A DNA stretch of 64,000 bases, from positions 160,001 to 224,000 of the forward strand of contig CAWEMM010000014.1 of the NCBI GenBank assembly GCA_963810095.1, written 5' to 3'. Within the stretch, counting starts at the first letter, position 1, and every line of letters begins with the position of its first letter. This DNA is from an uncultured Chloroflexia bacterium. Its GTDB lineage: Bacteria > Chloroflexota > Anaerolineae > CG2-30-64-16. Both the position numbers and the translations under genes were made by a program. The notes beneath the pieces are model-generated. The model worked only from the letters and a program-made list of their open reading frames with translations. It had not been told where the DNA came from and did not search any database. This document shows positions 53,760 through 62,884 of the stretch, piece after piece.

Positions 53760-54434
53760 GTGAACAAGCTCAATGTGGAAGGTGCGATCGCTTACGCCCT
53801 CAACCGGCTGGAGGCAGAACTCGCTCCCGACATGACCTATCACAGCCCGGGGCACACCCGGGACGACGTGATCCCTGCGGCGACTCGGCTGGCGCAGTTG
53901 GCCGGCCTGTCAGAGGTGGAGACGGGGCTGCTGCAGGTTGGCGCGGCCTACCACGACCTGGGATTCACGGAGCACCCGCAGGAGCACGAGTTGTGCAGCG
54001 TGCGCATTGCCGCCCAGGTGCTCCCCGCGTTTGGCTTCAGCGCCCGCGCCATCGAGCGCGTACTCGGCATGATCATGGCGACCCGCTTGCCCCAGTCGCC
54101 CCGCCACCTGATCGAGCGGCTGCTCACGGACGCGGACCTGGACGGGCTGGGACGAGAGGACTTTTTCACGCGCAGTGCGGAGCTGCTGGCCGAGCGCCGC
54201 GCCTACGGCCGGGTGGTGACCGAAGAGCAGTGGTGGCGCGAACAGGTCGCGTTCCTCACCGAGCACCGGTATTGGACCAGCTACGCCCAGCAGCTGCGCG
54301 GCGAGGGCAAGGCGCACAATTTAAGGCTCTTGCAGGAGCGGCTAGAAGGGACAAATGATGAGGCGGCGAAGATGCCAGATCCAGGGGGGAATTGCGCCAG
54401 AAACCGGGTTAGCTGCGCGCCAATCAGTTCGTAA
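53760..54434 (+). CDS. HD-domain metal phosphohydrolase
   Basis: YHSPGHT, YHDLGF, EHE, DADL. Confidence 0.85.
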   Translation: MNKLNVEGAIAYALNRLEAELAPDMTYHSPGHTRDDVIPAATRLAQLAGLSEVETGLLQVGAAYHDLGFTEHPQEHELCSVRIAAQVLPAFGFSARAIERVLGMIMATRLPQSPRHLIERLLTDADLDGLGREDFFTRSAELLAERRAYGRVVTEEQWWREQVAFLTEHRYWTSYAQQLRGEGKAHNLRLLQERLEGTNDEAAKMPDPGGNCARNRVSCAPISS

Positions 54435-55047
54435 ACCGAAACGATCGCAGGACCAGGTCGTAGAGCGCTTCGGTCTGCTGGAACAACGCCGCGTCGCTTG
54501 GGTCGGCCGGCACGAAGGTGAGTCGGTACGCCCGCGGACCGTGCACAGCGATCAGCACCCGGCCGAGGTCCTGCCCCGGTACCCGGTCGAGCCGTTCGGC
54601 CTGCTCCCCGCCCAGCGTTACGACGGGCATTCGCTGGATCTGGCCCTTCAGCCCTGCCGCCTCCGCCTCGGCAATGACGGCATCGGCAATCTGTGCGGCG
54701 GTCTGCCCGTTCGCGTCCTCGACCTTGACGAAGAGCTTCGGGCGGCTGACGTCCATCATCGAGTCGAAGAAGTAATCGGTCTGCATCCCGTCCGTCTCCA
54801 AGGATTTGTACACCCGTGGGACGAGTAGGCAATAGCCGGCAGTAGGGTTGGCCTGCATCTGAGTGTCCGCGGTAGGCTCAGGGCAGCCATTCGCCGGGAC
54901 ATCGGTCGATTGCGGCATGGTCGTCGTGGCGCCAGCAGGCGCCTGGGGGGTGCCGGTGCTGGGTGGGAGCGCCACGCAACCCGCAAGGAAGACCAGCAGA
55001 GCAGTAACCGCGAGCGCAAAGCCGAAACGGTTCCAAGACATCTCCAT
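54424..55047 (-). CDS. Putative lipoprotein
   Basis: Lipobox LAGC after hydrophobic stretch; P/T-rich linker; GGAGG SD. Confidence 0.75.
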   Translation of the reverse strand: MEMSWNRFGFALAVTALLVFLAGCVALPPSTGTPQAPAGATTTMPQSTDVPANGCPEPTADTQMQANPTAGYCLLVPRVYKSLETDGMQTDYFFDSMMDVSRPKLFVKVEDANGQTAAQIADAVIAEAEAAGLKGQIQRMPVVTLGGEQAERLDRVPGQDLGRVLIAVHGPRAYRLTFVPADPSDAALFQQTEALYDLVLRSFRFTN

Positions 55048-55124
55048 AACCTCCACAACATCGCATGGTGGGCGTCTCGCCGGTTTCATGACGGATGTAG
55101 GATCGTTATGGTTCCTACAACAAA

Positions 55125-55157
55125 AGAAACCAGGTCTCTCACAGAAACCTGGTTTCT
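55125..55157. repeat. Family A copy 6
   Basis: AGAAACCAGGTCTCT-CAC-AGAAACCTGGTTTCT. Confidence 0.88.
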
Positions 55158-55189
55158 TCGTGGACTTTGTGCGCCCTGCAGCGAAAGGT

Positions 55190-56506
55190 CTACCCCAGCT
55201 TCTGCCGGAGGATGTCACCCAGGTCCGGCTGGCCGATGACCTGCAGCTCGTAGCGCACCCGCTGGACGGGATGATAGATTTTCGCGACCCGGGTCAGATC
55301 GATCGGCGTGGCCGAGATGACGAGGTCGCACGGCACCCGGCGGATGGTCTCTTCGAGGTCCTTCACCTGCTCGCCGCCGTACCCCATGGCGGGCAGCAGC
55401 GTGCCGATGCCGGGATACTTCTCGAACGTCTCGGTGATGGTGCCGACGGTGTAGGGCCGGGGATCGATGATCTCGGCCGCACCGAAGCGCTGGGCAGCCA
55501 CGATGCCGGCGCCATACTTCATCTCGCCATGTGTCAGGGTCGGCCCGTCCTCGATGACCAGGACGCGCTTGCCGCGGATTGCGGCGGGATCGTCGACGAA
55601 GATGGGGGAAGCCGCCTCGACGATGGTCGCCCCCGGGTTCACCGCGGCCGCATTATCGCGCACCTGGCTGATGGGCCGCAGGTCGGCGGTGTCCACCTTG
55701 TTGATGACGATTACGTCGGCCATGCGGAAATTCGCAGAGCCGGGCCAGTAGTTCATCTCGTGCCCCGCCCGGTGCGGGTCGGCCACGACGATGTGGAGGT
55801 CGGGCCTGTAGAAGGGCAGGTCGTTATTGCCGCCGTCCCACAAGATGACGTCCGCTTCCTGCTCGGCTTGGCGCAGAATGGCCTCGTAATCGACGCCCGC
55901 GTAGACGATAACGCCCCGGTCGATGTGCGGCTCGTACTCCTCGCGCTCTTCGATCGTCGTCTCGTGCAGATCCAGGTCCTCATAGGAAGCAAAACGCTGC
56001 ACCTTCTGCTTCACCAGGTCGCCGTAGGGCATGGGATGGCGGATCGCCACAACCTTCTTGCCCATGGCCTGCAACACGCTGGCGACGTAACGCGTGGTCT
56101 GCGACTTGCCGCTGCCCGTGCGCACCGCACAGACCGCGACGACCGGCTTGGTCGAGGCAACCATCGTGTCTTTGGGCCCCATCAAGCGGAAGTCGGCCCC
56201 CGCCGCGACCGCCGTCGCAGCCTTGCTCATGACATAATGGTTGTTGACGTCGGAATAGGCAAAGATGACCTGGTCGACGCCCAGCATGCGGACCAGCGCC
56301 GGCATCTCGCTCTCCGGATAAATCGGGATGCCGGACGGGTAGAGCTTACCGGCGAGTTCCGGGGGGTAGCGCCGGCCGTCGATGTTCGGGATTTGCGTCG
56401 CCGTGAAGGCTACGACTTCGTAGTCTTCGTTGTCGCGGAACACCAGGTTGAAGTTGTGGAAATCGCGCCCTGCGGCGCCCATGATCAGAACACGCTGCTT
56501 CGACAT
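55190..56506 (-). CDS. COG2403 P-loop enzyme (cDPG-synthetase-like; probable arginine synthetase ArcE type)
   Basis: MGAAGRDFHNFN, FTATQIP, RTGSGKSQT, RHPMPYG, EEREEYE, WDGGNND, EDGPTLTHG. Confidence 0.85.
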   Translation of the reverse strand: MSKQRVLIMGAAGRDFHNFNLVFRDNEDYEVVAFTATQIPNIDGRRYPPELAGKLYPSGIPIYPESEMPALVRMLGVDQVIFAYSDVNNHYVMSKAATAVAAGADFRLMGPKDTMVASTKPVVAVCAVRTGSGKSQTTRYVASVLQAMGKKVVAIRHPMPYGDLVKQKVQRFASYEDLDLHETTIEEREEYEPHIDRGVIVYAGVDYEAILRQAEQEADVILWDGGNNDLPFYRPDLHIVVADPHRAGHEMNYWPGSANFRMADVIVINKVDTADLRPISQVRDNAAAVNPGATIVEAASPIFVDDPAAIRGKRVLVIEDGPTLTHGEMKYGAGIVAAQRFGAAEIIDPRPYTVGTITETFEKYPGIGTLLPAMGYGGEQVKDLEETIRRVPCDLVISATPIDLTRVAKIYHPVQRVRYELQVIGQPDLGDILRQKLG

Positions 56507-56534
56507 TGAAAGGAGCACTCCTTATGAAGATACG

Positions 56535-57479
56535 TCACGTCGTAGGTTGCGACGTGACACGCGGGCGGTAAACGACCCGCGCCATGATCACGCCCAGGAA
56601 ATAGAGCCCCAGCAGCGGCGCCATCACCAGGGCCATGTTGACCGGATCGACAGTCGGCGTGATGGCTGCTGCGACGAAGGCCACCCCGACGATGGCATAG
56701 CGCCACTGCTTTGCCATGACGTGGGGCGAGACAATGCCTAGCGCCGCCAGCGCGGCCATGATCACGGGCGTCTCGAAAGCAGCGCCAATCCACATCATCA
56801 CGGCCAGGACGAACGAAAAGTATTCGCGTACGTTCCAGGTTGCCTTGGCGATATCGCTCCCAAAGCCCGACAGGTATTGCAGCCCGAAAGGCAGCATGAT
56901 GAAATACGCGAACGCGATGCCAGCCAGAAAGAAAATCGCCACCATCGGCAGGCCGATGATTGCGACCGCACGATACAGGCTCAACTCGGCGGGCGACTCG
57001 AGCGCGGGCCGGATGAAGAACAGCGCTTCGACCAGCAGGACCGGGAGCGCAACGATGGCGGCCGCGCTCAGAATCACCTCGAAATAGGTCCAGACCATGT
57101 CTGTAGGCCGCAGGACGACGAGCGGGACCCCCTTGGCGGGCAGGGTGAGCAGGTCCAGTATCTTGTTGGCGAAAATACCGGCCGCGACTGCGCCCACGAT
57201 CAACGCGCCCAGCACCACGAAAATCCGCTTGCGCAGCTCGACCAGGTGCTCGACCGTTCCGTAGAGAATCTGCACGACGTCGTAGAGGGGATTCTGGCTG
57301 CGCACCCAGATGCGGCGCGCCTGGTCCAGCGTCAAGGGATCGAGGTCGGACTGCGAGCGGCGAAAGTTGGTCAGCATCAGCCACAACTGCTCGATGCCGG
57401 CCGGCAGCTTGGACGGCCCGAGCAGGGCGAGTGCGACGACGGCCAGGAGAACGAGGCCGAATACCCCGGTGAAGGACAT
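56535..57479 (-). CDS. tatC: Twin-arginine translocase TatC with TatA/B-like N-terminal extension
   Basis: EHLVELRKRI, FIRPAL, FETP, WRYAIV, AAITPTVDP. Confidence 0.92.
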   Translation of the reverse strand: MSFTGVFGLVLLAVVALALLGPSKLPAGIEQLWLMLTNFRRSQSDLDPLTLDQARRIWVRSQNPLYDVVQILYGTVEHLVELRKRIFVVLGALIVGAVAAGIFANKILDLLTLPAKGVPLVVLRPTDMVWTYFEVILSAAAIVALPVLLVEALFFIRPALESPAELSLYRAVAIIGLPMVAIFFLAGIAFAYFIMLPFGLQYLSGFGSDIAKATWNVREYFSFVLAVMMWIGAAFETPVIMAALAALGIVSPHVMAKQWRYAIVGVAFVAAAITPTVDPVNMALVMAPLLGLYFLGVIMARVVYRPRVTSQPTT

Positions 57480-57482
57480 GGA

Positions 57483-58094
57483 CTAATGCTCCAGTGGGGT
57501 GGACGCCGGCGAGTCCGGCTCAGGGAGGGGCCGGTCCTCGTCGTCCTCGACAGACGGCTGAGGCCGAGTGGCATCCAGCGCGGTCGACTCGCCGGCCGCG
57601 GGCAGGGAGGCCATGGGCTCATCCGGCGCGGGAAGCGCAGCGGGCGCATCTTGCGGGGCAGCTAGTTCGCTCGGCGGCTCGACGGGCTCTGGTGAAACGG
57701 CGGCCGGTTCGATGGGGTGCGGCGGTGCGATCGTGTTCTCGGCGGCCGGCTCGGTCGCGGCGGCCTCCTCGGGCTTGACGGCCGTGTTAAGCTCGCGCAT
57801 GACCGAATCGCGCATGGCCTGCCCGGGATTCCGCGCCGCGGCGGCCACCGCGCCCGCCGCCTTCGCTGCGTCGGACACTTCCTTGAAGGGCTCGGCCAGT
57901 TCTTTCGCCGGGCCCTCAATCGCCTCTCGGGTGGCGTTGATCTCATCAGAGATCGCGCGGGTGGCCTTGCGCATCTCGCGCATGCCGCGGCCCAGCTTCG
58001 CGCCGATCTGGGGCAGCTTGTCCGGGCCGAACACCATCAGCGCGACGATCAGGATCAGGACCAACTCCATCGGGCCAATGCCGAGAATTTCCAC
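57483..58094 (-). CDS. tatB: Twin-arginine translocase TatB/TatA family
   Basis: GIGPMELVLILIVALMVFGPDKLP; long P/E-rich tail; GTG start. Confidence 0.85.
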   Translation of the reverse strand: MEILGIGPMELVLILIVALMVFGPDKLPQIGAKLGRGMREMRKATRAISDEINATREAIEGPAKELAEPFKEVSDAAKAAGAVAAAARNPGQAMRDSVMRELNTAVKPEEAAATEPAAENTIAPPHPIEPAAVSPEPVEPPSELAAPQDAPAALPAPDEPMASLPAAGESTALDATRPQPSVEDDEDRPLPEPDSPASTPLEH

Positions 58095-58096
58095 GC

Positions 58097-58555
58097 TCAG
58101 TCCTTCCCCGCTGCGGGACCATCGGACACTTCCCGCAGTACAATACGTTCCCCGCCGGCTACTGCGGTGCCCAGCACACCGTTGACAAACCGCGAGCTGT
58201 TGTCGCTGCCGAACATCTTGGCCAGGTCGACGGCCTCGTTGATCGCGACCTTCGGGGGTGTGCCTGATGCGCCGCTCAGCTCGTACAGCGCAATGCGCAG
58301 GATGTTCCGGTCTACGACCGCAATCTGCGAGACCGGCCAGGCGGGGGCATACTTGTGGATCAGGAAATCGAGTTGGTCGCGATGCCGCAGGACGCCCGTC
58401 ACCAGGGTGCGGAGGAACTCCTCGCCCTCCGGGGGCAGCGGCGCATCTTCCAGGCGATGCTCCAGGACCTCCCCGGCGTGGTGGGCAGTTGTATCGACTT
58501 CGTAAAGAGCCTGTAGGGCGCTGATACGTGCCTGGCGGCGAGCTTGAACGCTCAT
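58097..58555 (-). CDS. nusB: Transcription antitermination factor NusB
   Basis: RRQAR, DRNILR, VAINEAV.LAK.FG, FVNGVLG. Confidence 0.97.
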   Translation of the reverse strand: MSVQARRQARISALQALYEVDTTAHHAGEVLEHRLEDAPLPPEGEEFLRTLVTGVLRHRDQLDFLIHKYAPAWPVSQIAVVDRNILRIALYELSGASGTPPKVAINEAVDLAKMFGSDNSSRFVNGVLGTAVAGGERIVLREVSDGPAAGKD

Positions 58556-58623
58556 GATTCTCCCGATCAGTTGCTGTCCGATGCCAGCGACGACACCCGC
58601 TGGAGGGCCCGCCTGCCGCGTGC

Positions 58624-58974
58624 CTACTCGGCGCTGCCGCTCGGTCGCGCAACGTCGTCGATGTGCACGTCGACCGCCAGTACGTTCATGCCGACCATCT
58701 CTTCGAGCGCCCGGGTGATGGAACACTGCAGATCGGTGCCTAGCCTGAGCACGTTGATGCCCGGCTCGGCCACGACATGCACCTCAACCTGCACGCCTTC
58801 CTCGACGACGCCTACAAGAATCCCCTCTTCCAGCGCCGCGCCGGCTCGCAGGCCGCGCACCTTGGCCGGAAGCACCGCAAGGCGGTTCACGCCGCGCTGC
58901 TCTACTGTCGTCTGCCGGACGATGGTCGTCAACACCGGCGGCGCAACCGTTACCCTGCCCTGAACCTCTTCCAT
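58624..58974 (-). CDS. Asp23/Gls24 family protein
   Basis: GRVTVAPPVL, EMVGM.V..VDVHI; upstream of nusB. Confidence 0.88.
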   Translation of the reverse strand: MEEVQGRVTVAPPVLTTIVRQTTVEQRGVNRLAVLPAKVRGLRAGAALEEGILVGVVEEGVQVEVHVVAEPGINVLRLGTDLQCSITRALEEMVGMNVLAVDVHIDDVARPSGSAE

Positions 58975-58988
58975 TCGTCTTCCCCTTA

Positions 58989-59021
58989 ACAAACCAGGTT
59001 TCTACGAGAAACCGGGTTTGT
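58989..59021. repeat. Family A copy 7 (compensatory end changes)
   Basis: ACAAACCAGGTTTCT-ACG-AGAAACCGGGTTTGT. Confidence 0.85.
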
Positions 59022-59029
59022 ATCCCTGC

Positions 59030-59773
59030 TCATTGCATTGCGAGCCCGCCGTCGACACTCAGAACCTGGCCCGTGATGAAGTCGGCCCGATCGCTCGCGA
59101 GGAACGTCACTGCGTACGCGATTTCTTCCGGCCTGGCAAACCGCCCCAGCGGCGTCATCGCAATCGCCGCGGCCTTCTGGTCTTCCGTGAGCACGTCGGT
59201 CAGTGCGGTGGGCACGAAGCCGGGCGCCACGGCGTTCACCGTGACGTTCCGCGCGCCTACTTCCTTGGCGAGGGCCTTCGTGAAACCGATCAGCCCCGCC
59301 TTCGACGCCGAGTAGTTGGATTGGCCTGCCTGGCCTGCCAGTCCCGAGACCGACGTAATGTTGATGATGCGGCCATAGCGCTGCCGGAACATGGGCCGCA
59401 GCGCCGCCTTGCTGCAATTGTACGCGCTCTTCAGGTTTGTGCGTAAAACGACGTCCCAGTCGTCTTCGCTCATCATCATGAGCAGCATGTCGCGGGTGGT
59501 GCCGGCATTGTTCACCAGGATGTCGACCCGGCCGAAGCGTTCCACCGTCTCCTTGACCAGGCGTTGCGCGTCCGCAGGAGCGCTGACGTCGGCCTGCACG
59601 GCGATCGCGCTACCGCCTGCGTCGCAGATCGTGCGGACAATCTCCTCCGCGCCAGCGGCACTGTCGCGGTGATTGACGACCACGGATGCGCCCTGCGCAG
59701 CCAGGTCAATGGCGATGGCCGCGCCGATGCCCCGCGAGGCCCCGGTTACGATTGCGATTTTCCCTTCGAGCAT
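59030..59773 (-). CDS. fabG: 3-oxoacyl-ACP reductase
   Basis: TGASRGIG, NNAG, YSASK, VDGG. Confidence 0.95.
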   Translation of the reverse strand: MLEGKIAIVTGASRGIGAAIAIDLAAQGASVVVNHRDSAAGAEEIVRTICDAGGSAIAVQADVSAPADAQRLVKETVERFGRVDILVNNAGTTRDMLLMMMSEDDWDVVLRTNLKSAYNCSKAALRPMFRQRYGRIINITSVSGLAGQAGQSNYSASKAGLIGFTKALAKEVGARNVTVNAVAPGFVPTALTDVLTEDQKAAAIAMTPLGRFARPEEIAYAVTFLASDRADFITGQVLSVDGGLAMQ

Positions 59774-59831
59774 GGTTTCCCCTCGACGTCATACACCGGC
59801 GGGGCTTTGAAAACCCCGTAGGGCAGGCGAC

Positions 59832-60759
59832 CTACAGCCCGGCGATGTCCTCTGGCGTGCGGACATTCGCCGTCTGCGGCTCGGTCAAGATCCGCTTCAC
59901 GAGTCCGGTCAGCACGTCGCCCGGGCCGACTTCGACGAAGCGCTCGGCGCCCAGCTCCTGCAGCTTGAAGACCGAGCCCGTCCACTGGACGCTGTTCGTT
60001 AGCTGCCCGACAAGCTCGTCGCGGATTTCGTCGGGCGTCTCCAGCGGGCACGCGGCGAGGTTCCCGACGACCGGGAACGCCGGCGGCTGGACAGGGGTGG
60101 CGTTCACATGGACCGCGAAGTCTGCGCGGCGGAGGCCATCAGCGCCGAGTGCGCCGCGATGCTGACGGCGAGCGCACGGGGCCGCCCGCCCGCCTTCTTC
60201 ACCAGCTCCATGAGCGCGGCAACGCCGGTCGAACCGCCCGAGACGACCACCTGGCCGGGCGCGTTGTAGTTTGCCACCTGCACGACGTCGCCCGTCTCGG
60301 CTTCGGCCTGTGCGCACAGGGCGGCGACCAGGCCGTCGTCGAGTTTGAGGATCGCGGCCATGCTGCCGGGCCGGCTCTCGCCCGCCCGCGCCATCAACTC
60401 GCCGCGGGTCCGCGTCAGGCGCACGGCATCTGCGAAAGCGAGGCGCCCGCGGCCACCAGGGCGCTGTATTCGCCCAGGCTGTGGCCTGCAAAGCAGCACG
60501 GTCCGGACAGGTCCGGTCGGGTTGCCAGCAGCGCGCGCCAGGCGGCAATGCTTGTGGTCAGGATGGCGGGCTGTGCGTTGCGGGTTTCGGTGAGGACTTC
60601 GGCCGGGCCGGTGAAGCATACTTCAGAGAGCGCAAAGCCCAGGATCTGGTCGGCTTCCGCAAAAGTCTCTTGTGCAACGGGGTGTGCGGCGGCCAACGCC
60701 TGGCCCATGCCAACGGACTGGGAGCCCTGGCCGGGGAAGAGGTAAGCGGTTGTGGCCAT
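59832..60759 (-). CDS. fabD: Malonyl-CoA:ACP transacylase, frameshifts near 60441 and 60128
   Basis: FPGQGSQ, GHSLGEY, ANYNAPGQ, AAHS, EVGPG.VL. Confidence 0.93.
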
Positions 60760-60822
60760 AGGTCGCGTCATGCTTCTCGAGATGTTACTGGTACAGTGGG
60801 GCCGGCCTGTCACCCCGGTATA

Positions 60823-60855
60823 AGAAACCAGGTTTCTGCAAGAAACCTGGTTTCT
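60823..60855. repeat. Family A copy 8
   Basis: AGAAACCAGGTTTCT-GCA-AGAAACCTGGTTTCT. Confidence 0.9.
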
Positions 60856-60887
60856 ATGCCAGAGCGAAGGCAGCCGCGGTCGTCGAG

Positions 60888-61076
60888 CTACTTCTTCTCT
60901 GCGACGTCCAAGACGGTTTGGCCGTTATAGTTGCCGCAGTCGGGGCAGGCGTGGTGCGGAAGGCGCATGCTGCCGCACTGCTTGCACTTGACGAGGTGCA
61001 CCGGCTGGAGCGCATCATGGGCCCGGCGGCGATCGCGGCGGCCCTTGGACAACTTACGTTTTGGATGAGGTGGCAC
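60888..61076 (-). CDS. rpmF: 50S ribosomal protein L32
   Basis: PKRKLSK.RRDRRRAH, CxxC..PHH.CxxCG.Y. Confidence 0.96.
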   Translation of the reverse strand: MPPHPKRKLSKGRRDRRRAHDALQPVHLVKCKQCGSMRLPHHACPDCGNYNGQTVLDVAEKK

Positions 61077-61110
61077 TGTGTAATACTCCTTCGCAACCTG
61101 TGCGGTGTGA

Positions 61111-61671
61111 TTAGTTCTTCAACAAATCGGTGAGACTGCTCCAGCGCGGATCTACGTCAGGCTTGCATTCGCAGGTCGCTTCGTTTAGGTTCGTCCCACA
61201 TTCGGGGCACAATCCCCGGCAGTCTTCTTTGCAGAGCACGTGCACCGGCAGTTCGAGCAAGACGTCTTGCCGCAGCACTTCAGTCAGGTCCAGGATGTGG
61301 TGCTCGTCGATCCAGAGCGCCTGGTCCTCTTCTTCCGGCGTAACCGCTTTGCCGGTCGCCATGTCAACGGTCGGCACGAAGACTTCTTCGATGTCGACTT
61401 CGAAATCGACGGGCACCGGCTCGAGACAGCGAGCGCAGCCGAGCGCAGTATGACCCGTCAGGTGGCCTGTCACAAACACGCCCTGGTTTGTCTGCATGAG
61501 TCGGACAGGGCCTTCGACCGCCGATGGTTCGCCGGTCTCGGCAATTTCGATCTCGGGCGTGAGGTCGTGCAGGTCGGCCGCCACGTGCACGTGGCGAGAC
61601 GAGCCGACTGCTTCCTTCATCAACTGCGCGACGTTAAATGTCAGGTTGTCAATCATTACAGGGTATCCCAT
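61111..61671 (-). CDS. YceD/DUF177 family protein
   Basis: CARCL, LCKEDCRGLCPECG.NLN, DPRW; upstream of rpmF. Confidence 0.93.
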   Translation of the reverse strand: MGYPVMIDNLTFNVAQLMKEAVGSSRHVHVAADLHDLTPEIEIAETGEPSAVEGPVRLMQTNQGVFVTGHLTGHTALGCARCLEPVPVDFEVDIEEVFVPTVDMATGKAVTPEEEDQALWIDEHHILDLTEVLRQDVLLELPVHVLCKEDCRGLCPECGTNLNEATCECKPDVDPRWSSLTDLLKN

Positions 61672-61747
61672 CGCAGCAACCCCAGTCCCGCGTTACGTGG
61701 GTCCACTGCTCGGCGCGCAAAAGTCCACGGGTCAGCGCCAAGCGGTT

Positions 61748-61776
61748 ATTATAGGCGAGAGGGGCTCCTCTGTCAA
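61748..61776 (-). promoter_or_regulatory. Consensus sigma70 promoter for yceD-rpmF
   Basis: TTGACA-17 bp-TATAAT on the minus strand. Confidence 0.8.
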
Positions 61777-61827
61777 AAACAACCCCGATTCGTCCGATCT
61801 CGGGCGCACCGATGTCCGGTCCGAGCC

Positions 61828-62298
61828 TTAGGGTTTTTTCTCGCCCTCCGCCGGGGCAGCCTGGCCCTTCCCGAGCGCGCGCTGACCGGCCTGCACCTCG
61901 CGGAGCACGCGAATGAGCCGTGCTTCCATCATGTTGAACTGGTTCATGATGTACTGGTCGGCCTCCGTGCGGAGTTGCAGCGCGGTCTTTTCCGCTTCCG
62001 CCGTAATGTCACGGGCGCGGTTGCGTGCGGCGACGACGACTGCCTGGTCGTCGAGCCGGACTCCGCCTTGGACTTGGGCATCCTCGACAATGCGTCGGGC
62101 CTGGCCCCGCGCCTCGGTCAGCAGCCGCTCCCTTTCCGCCGCCACCCGCTGGGCTTCGCGCTGCTGATCGGGAAGCGCGGCCCGCATCTCGTCCACGAGC
62201 CGCCGCAAGCTGGACTCGTCGATCAGCAGCTTGCCGCCGACCGGCAGCCGCGACGCAGTTTGCATCAAGCGTTCCAGTTCATCTACGAGCGATTGCAT
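61828..62298 (-). CDS. Conserved coiled-coil protein (commonly follows coaD)
   Basis: LVDELE...LPVGGK.LID...coiled coil...ADQY. Confidence 0.8.
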   Translation of the reverse strand: MQSLVDELERLMQTASRLPVGGKLLIDESSLRRLVDEMRAALPDQQREAQRVAAERERLLTEARGQARRIVEDAQVQGGVRLDDQAVVVAARNRARDITAEAEKTALQLRTEADQYIMNQFNMMEARLIRVLREVQAGQRALGKGQAAPAEGEKKP

Positions 62299-62330
62299 CG
62301 CCGCCTCCTGTTAGCCGCCACCATGCTACT

Positions 62331-62858
62331 TCAATCGCGAGACGTGCGGATCGGCACCATCCCGTCACCGTCAGGTCCGATGCCGGCGAAGCGGCTGCGC
62401 AGCGCAGCAATGACCGGCGCGGGCGCAAGCCCCTCGACGTCGCCGCCCAGCAGCGCAACCTCCTTGAGGATCGACGAGCTGACGTATGCGTACTTCAGGC
62501 TGGTCATCAGCGAGATGAACTCGACGTCCGGCGCCAGCTTCTTGTTGGTCAGTGCCATCTGGAACTCGAACTCAAAGTCCGAGATCGCGCGCAGCCCGCG
62601 CACCATAACCGTCGCACCGATCTCGTGTGCGTAGGTCACCGTCAGCCCGCGGTACGTCTCGACCCGCACGTTCTTGATGTGGGCCAGCGACTCGCGGGCC
62701 AGCGATACCCGTTGGGGCGTATCAAAAGTCAGCGTCTTAGGCGGGCTGTCATAGATCGCAATAATCAGCTCGTCGAACAACCTTGCCGCACGTGCCGCAA
62801 TGTCGACGTGCCCGTTATGGATGGGATCAAACGTGCCAGGGTAAAGCGCTCGTACCAT
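62331..62858 (-). CDS. coaD: Phosphopantetheine adenylyltransferase
   Basis: YPGTFDPIHNGH, RGLRAISDFEFE, SSS. Confidence 0.98.
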   Translation of the reverse strand: MVRALYPGTFDPIHNGHVDIAARAARLFDELIIAIYDSPPKTLTFDTPQRVSLARESLAHIKNVRVETYRGLTVTYAHEIGATVMVRGLRAISDFEFEFQMALTNKKLAPDVEFISLMTSLKYAYVSSSILKEVALLGGDVEGLAPAPVIAALRSRFAGIGPDGDGMVPIRTSRD

Positions 62859-62884
62859 ACAGCTCCTCAAACCTCAAGCCCTCC

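Noticed and set aside
34895-54434. Canonical CBASS/Pycsar system, prophage or integrative element
   Set aside because: No CD-NTase, typical PycC-effector pair, integrase, phage genes, tRNA or flanking direct repeats recognised
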